From NCBI GenBank assembly GCA_016189025.1, contig JACPGS010000014.1, positions 16,339 to 80,338 on the forward strand: a DNA stretch of 64,000 nucleotides, in the 5' to 3' direction. Below the pieces are notes generated by a model. The model was not told the origin of the DNA. It ran no database searches and saw only the letters and a program-made list of their open reading frames with translations. This document shows, piece after piece, positions 57,842 to 64,000 of this stretch. Every line of letters starts with the position of its first letter. The stretch's first letter is position 1. The stretch comes from Candidatus Magasanikiibacteriota bacterium. Lineage in GTDB: Bacteria; Patescibacteriota; Patescibacteriia; Magasanikbacterales; GWA2-37-8. The translations under genes were made by a program, and so were the position numbers.

Positions 57842-59596
57842 TCATTTTCTCGTCGCCGGATGGCCATAACGATAAACTACCACAATCCCCGCTCCATAAG
57901 CAAGGACGGTAGCCCACAGGGGAATGCTTAACTCGGCCGCGGCGCCGCGCCAAGCACCGAACCACGCAATCACACCCAGCACATATTTAAGGCCGAGCGC
58001 AGTGGTTGCCGCGGCTAACTGCCCCGCAGGAAAAAACAACCAACTGATGCTGGCGGCTAACGCCCCTCCCAGCATCAGCCAGGGAATAGTCCAGAGCACT
58101 AAAATATTAACCAGCGGCGCTACCAAAGAAAAGCGCCCAAACTGATACAGGATGAGCGGAGTGGTGGCAATGATCGCGGATAGGGTAGAGAGGAGCGACT
58201 CACGCAAAAACGCCAGCCGGTCACCCCGAGCGAGGCCGTTTAACAGACGGCCGAGCGAAGCAATCCCCCATCTTACCGCTGACGTAATTGATCCGGAACG
58301 CCGGGGGACCGCTACCTCATCCCCCGCCGCTCTGCGCTCAAGGATCTTCGCGATGACGCTCTGGAGAATGGGCGACACATAGACTAACCCCATGGTGGAA
58401 AGAAAAGATAGCTGGAACCCGGCATCCCACAGCACGACATAAGGATTATTCAGCGTCATGAGAGCCGCGGCCAAAGCCAGGGCATTGCCCATCCGCGACA
58501 AGCGCCCCAGATGCTGGCCGATGAGCACCAGACTACCCATAATTGCCGCCCGAACTACCGAGGCCGAAGCGCCGGTAAACACCACAAAAAGCGCTAACAT
58601 CAAGAGCACCAGCCAAAACGCCTGGCGCCGCCACAGGCCGATACTGATGAAGGCGCTCATCAGTATGGTTGCAATAATCGTAACATTGTAACCGGAAACC
58701 GCAATAATATGGGTAAGGCCGGTGCGATTAAAGTTCTCCATTACTTCTGGGGGAAGTCCGCTCCGGCTGCCGTAAAGAAGTCCCGCCACCAGACTACTCT
58801 CCGGCTCGGGCCATAATTGGTCAATCTGACTGCGGACTTCAGACTTCAGCCAGAGGATTTTTTTCATTGGCAGTGCTCCTAGGCGCCAATTGTCATCCCC
58901 GTGTAGGCGGGGATCCAGATTCTGGATTCCCACTTCCGTGGGAATGACAGGGTGTACCTTCGGCCTCTCGCACCCTGCCCACACCCCGCCGAGCGCCAGA
59001 TATTTGTCGTAACGAAACGAACTGTCGGCCCGGCGCTCCGGTTTCTGCAACTGGCATTCAAGGCTCAACCAATCGCCATAATTATACTGGGGATACAAAC
59101 GAGTCTTGATAATTATTTTACCGCCCACTGCTTTCATGCCAACCGAAGAAGTAATAGACTCCCTCCCTGTCATTCCCGCGAAAGCGGGAATCCAGTCGGG
59201 GATGACAATCATAGACACGCTAACCACATACCTCGCCTCGCTAATCCGAACATCCGGCTCCTCGCTTATCCGGCCGACTAAAGTAACGCGTCTGCCGTTA
59301 TATGAACACAAGTTGTGTTCATCAGTACAGTCGGGAATCGTAATCAATAATCGCCACACGCCCAGCAGAACAAAAAACGTGCTCAAGCCGGCAAAACGAA
59401 TGGCCGGCCGGCGCCAAACCATTATTACCGCGACCAATAGAAAAAACAGCGCCCCGTAGACTGTTAAAGTCGCGCTCGGCTTACTCGGAAAATCTCCGGC
59501 CGAGGCAGCCGTGGCGCCGATAATAAAACAAAAACAAAACGCCAAAAACGTTTTGCTTTTTGAATTGAGGAACTGAAGAAATTTATCCGACCACAT
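57842..59596 (-). CDS. comEC: ComEC/Rec2 competence channel protein (membrane domains), carrying two in-frame mini-element insertions.
   Basis: The N-terminal DUF4131-like region and polytopic 'Competence' domain are present (...GLTHIIAVSGYNVTIIATILMSAF...). The peptide segments SMIVIPDWIPAFAGMTGRE and HPVIPTEVGIQNLDPRLHGDDN are encoded by palindromic elements. Confidence 0.8.
   Translation of the reverse strand: MWSDKFLQFLNSKSKTFLAFCFCFIIGATAASAGDFPSKPSATLTVYGALFFLLVAVIMVWRRPAIRFAGLSTFFVLLGVWRLLITIPDCTDEHNLCSYNGRRVTLVGRISEEPDVRISEARYVVSVSMIVIPDWIPAFAGMTGRESITSSVGMKAVGGKIIIKTRLYPQYNYGDWLSLECQLQKPERRADSSFRYDKYLALGGVWAGCERPKVHPVIPTEVGIQNLDPRLHGDDNWRLGALPMKKILWLKSEVRSQIDQLWPEPESSLVAGLLYGSRSGLPPEVMENFNRTGLTHIIAVSGYNVTIIATILMSAFISIGLWRRQAFWLVLLMLALFVVFTGASASVVRAAIMGSLVLIGQHLGRLSRMGNALALAAALMTLNNPYVVLWDAGFQLSFLSTMGLVYVSPILQSVIAKILERRAAGDEVAVPRRSGSITSAVRWGIASLGRLLNGLARGDRLAFLRESLLSTLSAIIATTPLILYQFGRFSLVAPLVNILVLWTIPWLMLGGALAASISWLFFPAGQLAAATTALGLKYVLGVIAWFGAWRGAAAELSIPLWATVLAYGAGIVVVYRYGHPATRK
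58891..58950. mobile_element. Palindromic mini-element (60 bp, subtype II) inserted in-frame within comEC.
   Basis: tgtcatcccc-gtgtaggc-ggggat-ccagattctgg-attccc-acttccgt-gggaatgaca has terminal inverted repeats, two arm hairpins and a central ccag..ctgg palindrome. It is translated in comEC as VIPTEVGIQNLDPRLHGDD. Confidence 0.65.
59167..59208. mobile_element. Palindromic mini-element half-copy (42 bp) inserted in-frame within comEC.
   Basis: ctgtcattccc-gcgaaagc-gggaat-ccagtc-ggggatgacaat is translated as IVIPDWIPAFAGMTG. Confidence 0.65.
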
Positions 59597-59643
59597 ACGA
59601 GGAGCGCCCCAGTCACTCCCCGTTTGACCAGCGGTCTGATGTT

Positions 59644-60276
59644 TTAAATTTCTCTGCTTTTACCGTCCTCCAGCATCATCCATTCTATGCCCGCTTGTTT
59701 AAATTCCCGCTCGGCGTGCGTATAGTAAGGATTGGCTGGCTTCAAAAAAGCGTCATGGGTTGGGAATATTACCTGGGGTTTTACCTGCAAACCGTAATCA
59801 AGCATATCAGCAAGTTTCATCCAGGGCGCCGCAATCGGACAGGCCAAAATGTCTACCGCGATGTTTGGCACATTCAAAGCATCGCCCGGATGAAACAAAC
59901 GACCGGCAATCAAGTATCCGGTATTATCTACCACCGGCAAAGTAGAGTAAATAAAGGCATGTTTTTCGCCGACCCCTTCAATTTTTACTCCCGCTACTTC
60001 GCTCACCTGTTTATTCCCCAAATTCTGATAAGCCACCCCCGCTTCTGCCAGCTTCTTTCCCACTCCCGCATTAGTATAAATGATACAGTTTGGATTAGAT
60101 AGCAATAATTTCTTGATATTCTCAATACCAAGATGATCTTGATGTTCATGAGTAACCAAAATAGCGTCCAAATTAGTAAGTTCGGGAATGGTTGACCAAA
60201 CGCCCGGGTCAATCAGAATCCGTGCCCTGCCTTCTTCAACCAACAGGCAGGAGTGGCCGAATTTGGTGATGCGCAT
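59644..60276 (-). CDS. MBL-fold metallo-hydrolase.
   Basis: ...ILVTHEHQDHLG... (HxHxDH) is present. The ATG at 60276 (MRITKFGHSCLLVEEG...) is preferred over the track start at 60324. Confidence 0.7.
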   Translation of the reverse strand: MRITKFGHSCLLVEEGRARILIDPGVWSTIPELTNLDAILVTHEHQDHLGIENIKKLLLSNPNCIIYTNAGVGKKLAEAGVAYQNLGNKQVSEVAGVKIEGVGEKHAFIYSTLPVVDNTGYLIAGRLFHPGDALNVPNIAVDILACPIAAPWMKLADMLDYGLQVKPQVIFPTHDAFLKPANPYYTHAEREFKQAGIEWMMLEDGKSREI

Positions 60277-60281
60277 ACTTG

Positions 60282-60893
60282 CTAGATTAGTGCCAGTTTG
60301 GTTTGATATAGTATCTTTCGACAAGTTGAACGATCTCCCTGATGACAGATCGCTAAGGTATTTGCCTTAAACCGAACCGGGAGTTTGTCTGTCTTCGCAA
60401 ATGAAGTTCGCAAAGTAAGGTGCGGATCGAACTTTTTAAAGCTTGCCGCCTGCAAAAAATTTTGTAACCAACGCGGGGTAATGGGATCGAAATATTCACC
60501 GCGTTTCTTAAAATACACTGCGGGAGTAGCTCGCTGGTGAGTGAAGGGACGAAGCTGCGCAATAATTTTTTCATGTAATTTCTGTAAAGCGGCGGTTTTC
60601 TTTGCTTTGAACTGAAACATTCTGCCACTGCCAACCATCACTGAGCGCAAATCTGTTAAAGTGATAAGCACAGACTTAAATTGTTCAGCGACTTCACCTA
60701 ATACTTGCCGCGCTTTGGGCATATCCTTCTCTGCCAATACACACATAAATAACGACAGATGTGGTAAATTATCCTTTACGTTCAACGAAAAAGGACGCTT
60801 TTGACGACCAGCAAACTCTTGACTAATTTGAATGCACTTATCACGTATTTCTTTTGGCGGCAAAAGCACTACGTCAATAGCAAAATACTTCAT
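60282..60893 (-). CDS. 2H-phosphoesterase superfamily protein (LigT / 2'-5' RNA ligase-like).
   Basis: Two H-x-[ST]-x motifs are present at the expected spacing: ...NLPHLSLFM... and ...DPHLTLRTSF... Confidence 0.6.
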   Translation of the reverse strand: MKYFAIDVVLLPPKEIRDKCIQISQEFAGRQKRPFSLNVKDNLPHLSLFMCVLAEKDMPKARQVLGEVAEQFKSVLITLTDLRSVMVGSGRMFQFKAKKTAALQKLHEKIIAQLRPFTHQRATPAVYFKKRGEYFDPITPRWLQNFLQAASFKKFDPHLTLRTSFAKTDKLPVRFKANTLAICHQGDRSTCRKILYQTKLALI

Positions 60894-60905
60894 AATCCGT
60901 TCGAA

Positions 60906-63900
60906 TCAAACTACAATGCTCACCAACCTTCCCTTTACATAAATTATTTTCTTCGGCGCTTTTCCTTCCAGCCATTTTTGCACCCGATCGTCCGATAAGG
61001 CATTCCTCTTTATTATCTCTTCATCCAAATTCGTGCCGACCTGCTGTCGAGCGCGGACTTTACCATTTACTTGTATAACTATTGTCATCCTTTCCTCATA
61101 CAGATTCTTCTCATCTACGATCGGCCACTTTTCGGATGCTAAACTTCCATTATTTTCAAAAAATGGTTCGCTGTTCCATAATTCATCAGCAATATGCGGT
61201 GCAAATGGTGAAAGAAGCTTTAAGAATATTTTCCAAACTCCTCTTGAGATAACAGAATTAGATGATATTTCGTTAATAAATTCCATCATTTTAGCAATTG
61301 CTGTATTGAATTTCATTTCATCAATATCTGTGGTTATTTTTCGAATTAGCTTATGCACTAATTTTAATTGGTCATCAAAAATCCAACCGTCCTCTCCTTC
61401 TCTGTCGAATTTATTATTATTCTGTATTGCCCACACTTTTTCTAAAAACCTCTTCACTCCTTTCACCCCATTGGTATCCCACGCCACCGGCTGGTCAAAC
61501 GGCCCCATAAACATAATGTACATCCGCAACGCGTCCGCGCCGTACTGCTCTACCATTTCATCGGGGTTGACGACGTTGCCGCGGCTCTTGCTCATTTTTT
61601 CTCCGTCTGGACCCAGGATCAGACCGTGGCTGGTGCGTTTTTTGTACGGCTCGCGCGTGGGCACCAGGCCAAGGTCGTAGAGAAACTGATTCCAGAAGCG
61701 GGAATACAATAAGTGCAATACAGTATGCTCCATACCGCCGTTGTACCAATCCACGCCACCACCAGTACTGTCATCCTGACCCCGAGCAGGAGCGAGGGGG
61801 AAGGATCTCTGTCCGTTTGGCGATTGGGACAGAGATTCCTCACGTTCGTTCGGAATGACAGTATTGCGACCCATCCAGTACTCTAACTTCTTCATTGAGG
61901 CAAACTCTTTATTATTATGCGGATCGCAGTAGCGCAAAAAGTACCAGCTGGACCCGGCCCAGTTCGGCATCGTATCGGTTTCGCGCCGCGCCGGGCCGCC
62001 GCAGCGCGGGCAGGTGGTTTTTACCCATTCCGTCATTGCCGCCAGAGGCGACTCGCCGGTATCGGTGGGCTGATATTTGGCTACTTTGGGGAGCTCTAAA
62101 GGTAGTTTATCTTCGGGTAGCGGGATCCAACCGGAATTAAAAGATTGAACGTCGGGAAATTCATCAAGAATTTCCGGCAATTCCAGAATTCCAGCGCGTT
62201 CGTTAAAGTGGCCCTTATTCTTAAAAATTTTCACCTTTGCCCTCAGTGGGGAGTAATTATCTGTAACTGACAGCGGAACGAACGGGTCGTCCTCTGATAA
62301 ATATATAATGGTTTCCTTCGCCAGGTTTCTAACTTTATCCAAGCTCTGGTTAGCCGCATTAAATTTTTTAATACACTCAATACTCTCCTCGTCGCATCCG
62401 GCATCCCGCAAATTTTTCCAATTAATCGCTTCTTGCCTGTCGCCCGTCGGGCTGATTAGAATTAACCTTTCAATTTGGGCGCTGTGCTTTAGCACAAACT
62501 GACAGGCCGCTGGCCCGCCTAAGCTGTGCCCAACCACAATCAAACTTTCGTCTTTCCCGATAGGCAAATCTGCCAAGGTTTTTAACCACTTATCGAGCGA
62601 CGGATGAACATTGTTTGGTAAATTCGGAGCCAAAACTTCATAACCTCTCTTTTTCATTTCTTTACGAAACCAGGGAATCCAGTTCTCTTCGCTGTATCCG
62701 TAAATTCCATGAATGTATAAAATTTTTGGTTTTCTCTGCGCACAATTCTCGCAATACACCAGCGGTATCGGCTCGCCCCAATAACGTTGGCGACTAAACA
62801 CCCAATCCCGCAATTTATAATTCACCTGCCGCTTGCCTATGCCCTGCTCCTCCAGCCAGGCAATCATTTTGGCTTTGGCTTCTGGCGTTGAGAGGCCGGT
62901 GAGAAAATCGGAATTAATGCTGATACCATCGGGAGTGTACGCCTGCCCCCCATGGTTAAACCAGTTCCAAATAAACGGGCCGTCAACTACATTAATAAAA
63001 TTACCGACCTCCTCTGGTTCAATCCAGACTGGAGTGTGTTTTTCCATTTCTGCCGCCGACACTGTATCCTGTTCATCAGAATTTAATTCAAAATGCAATA
63101 CTCTGATTTCGGCATAACGATTTTCATCTTTATGCGCAGCGTGATACTCGGTATGCACTTCTAAACCAAGATCTTTGACAAAACGCAAATTACGATAGCC
63201 GGTTTCTTCCTTAATCTCGCGCTCGGCCGATACCACGGGGTCTTCTCCCGCCTCTGTCCCGCCAATAATAAAAGTGCGGGGTTCGCGTCCTTCCCACATC
63301 GCTCCTTTCCATTGCAGCATTAAAATCTTGCCGTCGCTCTTACGACGCACAATGGCATGTACGGTTTGGCGACGCTTAGTCTTTTTTCCCGGCTGGGGAG
63401 GGTGAACCGGCTCGATAAAATGAGCGGCAACGACCTGCTTGATTGGCAGATGGTATTTACTAGCAAATTCCCAATCCCGCTGGTCGTGCGCCGGCACCGC
63501 CATAATCGCGCCGGTGCCGTAGCTCGCGAGCACATAGTCCGCGATCCACACCGGGATGGCTTCGTTATTTACCGGATTGATAGCTTTGATGCCTTTCAGC
63601 TCCACGCCGGTTTTCTCGCGGCCTTCGGCGGTGCGTTCTTGTTCGGTTTTTTTATTAACCTGTTCAAGATAGGCGCCTACTTCGGCGGCATTCAAAATTC
63701 TGGATTTCAACCGCTTCACCAACTCGTGTTCGGGCGCGAGCACCATGTACGTCGCGCCGAAGAGGGTATCGGGGCGGGTGGTAAAGACTTCGACTATCAT
63801 CCCCGACTGGATTCCCGCTGGCGCGGGAATGACAGAGAAACGGACAACCGCGCCCTCGCTCCGGCCAATCCAATTCTCCTGTTGCACCCGCGCTTGGGGA

Positions 63901-64000
63901 ATGTAGTCAACTTCTTTCAAACCGGCGAGGAGCTTGTCGGCATACTTTGTAATCGCCAGCATCCATTGTTCTTTATTGCGCTTTTCCACCGGCGCATAGC
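60906..64000 (-). CDS. leuS: Leucyl-tRNA synthetase, 5'-partial (N-terminus with HIGH motif beyond window end). It carries two embedded foreign domains (Nudix; alpha/beta-hydrolase) and two mini-element-derived peptide inserts.
   Basis: It aligns with bacterial LeuRS: ...QENWIGRSEG..VVRF...TTRPDT (CP1 editing start)...GTGAIMAVPAHDQRDWEFASKY...VNYKLRDWVFSRQRYWGEPIP...GMEHTVLHLLYSRFW...KMSKSRGN (KMSKS)...C-terminal anticodon-binding and Leu-specific domains ...VIQVNGKVRA... Confidence 0.9.
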   Translation of the reverse strand, partial: YAPVEKRNKEQWMLAITKYADKLLAGLKEVDYIPQARVQQENWIGRSEGAVVRFSVIPAPAGIQSGMIVEVFTTRPDTLFGATYMVLAPEHELVKRLKSRILNAAEVGAYLEQVNKKTEQERTAEGREKTGVELKGIKAINPVNNEAIPVWIADYVLASYGTGAIMAVPAHDQRDWEFASKYHLPIKQVVAAHFIEPVHPPQPGKKTKRRQTVHAIVRRKSDGKILMLQWKGAMWEGREPRTFIIGGTEAGEDPVVSAEREIKEETGYRNLRFVKDLGLEVHTEYHAAHKDENRYAEIRVLHFELNSDEQDTVSAAEMEKHTPVWIEPEEVGNFINVVDGPFIWNWFNHGGQAYTPDGISINSDFLTGLSTPEAKAKMIAWLEEQGIGKRQVNYKLRDWVFSRQRYWGEPIPLVYCENCAQRKPKILYIHGIYGYSEENWIPWFRKEMKKRGYEVLAPNLPNNVHPSLDKWLKTLADLPIGKDESLIVVGHSLGGPAACQFVLKHSAQIERLILISPTGDRQEAINWKNLRDAGCDEESIECIKKFNAANQSLDKVRNLAKETIIYLSEDDPFVPLSVTDNYSPLRAKVKIFKNKGHFNERAGILELPEILDEFPDVQSFNSGWIPLPEDKLPLELPKVAKYQPTDTGESPLAAMTEWVKTTCPRCGGPARRETDTMPNWAGSSWYFLRYCDPHNNKEFASMKKLEYWMGRNTVIPNEREESLSQSPNGQRSFPLAPARGQDDSTGGGVDWYNGGMEHTVLHLLYSRFWNQFLYDLGLVPTREPYKKRTSHGLILGPDGEKMSKSRGNVVNPDEMVEQYGADALRMYIMFMGPFDQPVAWDTNGVKGVKRFLEKVWAIQNNNKFDREGEDGWIFDDQLKLVHKLIRKITTDIDEMKFNTAIAKMMEFINEISSNSVISRGVWKIFLKLLSPFAPHIADELWNSEPFFENNGSLASEKWPIVDEKNLYEERMTIVIQVNGKVRARQQVGTNLDEEIIKRNALSDDRVQKWLEGKAPKKIIYVKGRLVSIVV
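61778..61861. mobile_element. Palindromic mini-element (84 bp, subtype I) inserted in-frame in leuS.
   Basis: ctgtcatcc...ggatctctgtcc-gtttggcgattg-ggacagagattcc...tcggaatgacag has an internal 10-bp perfect inverted repeat. It is translated as ...TVIPNEREESLSQSPNGQRSFPLAPARGQDDS..., an insert between conserved LeuRS YWMGRN and GGVDWYNGGMEH with no counterpart in E. coli LeuRS. Confidence 0.65.
62154..62729 (-). other. Embedded alpha/beta-hydrolase (serine hydrolase, RBBP9/YdeN-like) domain inserted in the LeuRS catalytic core.
   Basis: About 190 aa lie between the conserved LeuRS blocks RQRYWGEPIPLV and PTDTGESP...TEWVKTT. E. coli LeuRS has about 15 aa here. The nucleophile elbow VVGHSLGG (G-H-S-x-G), ...KILYIHGIYGYSE... 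and later Asp/His candidates (SEDDPF, KGHFNE) are present. The segment is about 40% GC. Confidence 0.7.
62946..63395 (-). other. Embedded Nudix hydrolase domain inserted near the C-terminal end of the LeuRS CP1 editing domain.
   Basis: The Nudix box GGTEAGEDPVVSAEREIKEETGY (G-x5-E-x7-R-E-U-x-E-E-x-G-U) lies within about 150 extra residues between conserved LeuRS blocks FASKYHLPIK and GIGKRQVNYKLRDW. Confidence 0.75.
63798..63836. mobile_element. Palindromic mini-element half-copy (39 bp, subtype II) inserted in-frame in leuS.
   Basis: tcatcccc-gactgg-attccc-gctggcgc-gggaatgacag is translated as VIPAPAGIQSGM between the conserved VVRF and IVEVFTTRPDT of LeuRS. Confidence 0.65.

Noticed and set aside
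62154-63395. Inteins as an explanation for the leuS insertions
   Set aside because: The inserts have Nudix and alpha/beta-hydrolase signatures, not Hint-domain blocks (no N-terminal Cys/Ser + C-terminal HN + nucleophile arrangement), and they lie at non-identical structural positions.

Overview
This 64-kb window is gene-dense bacterial chromosome with a Patescibacteria/CPR-like mix of housekeeping and cell-surface genes. Base composition is strongly mosaic: pepN and the giant secreted protein gene are about 65-70% GC, while fic, the NYN genes and the 59.6-61.5 kb stretch are about 35-42% GC. Most genes run on the minus strand. Identifiable genes include cysS, a partial leuS, dnaX, folD, rsmA, tsaC, prfB, groES-groEL with a CIRCE operator, yidC, nusA, a sigma-70 factor, pepN (M1 family) and one tRNA-Gln(CUG). 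A type IV pilus/competence gene set is present: pilin, single-domain response regulator, PilM, ComFC, and ComEC split into two ORFs. A long minus-strand cluster from about 20.9 to 44.0 kb encodes type IV secretion-like parts (VirB4-like ATPase, PrgI-like protein, two paralogous hypotheticals). In the same cluster lie a 1788-aa multi-TM/coiled-coil protein, a 2721-aa Cys-rich secreted protein and a Fic protein; a VirD4-like coupling ATPase lies separately at 12.9 kb. Three observations stand out. (i) leuS carries two whole foreign domains, a canonical Nudix hydrolase and an alpha/beta serine hydrolase, inserted in-frame. (ii) A family of short palindromic mini-elements with CTGTCATTCC termini sits intergenically and is also inserted in-frame inside leuS (twice) and comEC (twice), adding peptide segments to these proteins. 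(iii) A second TIR-bounded interspersed repeat of about 180 bp occurs four times, always intergenic and always in the same orientation just 5' of minus-strand genes. Several further palindromic intergenic elements, iteron-like 8-mer repeats upstream of the coupling-protein gene, and an unusual 400-aa C-terminal extension on the sigma factor are also noted. No rRNA genes or CRISPR arrays were seen.
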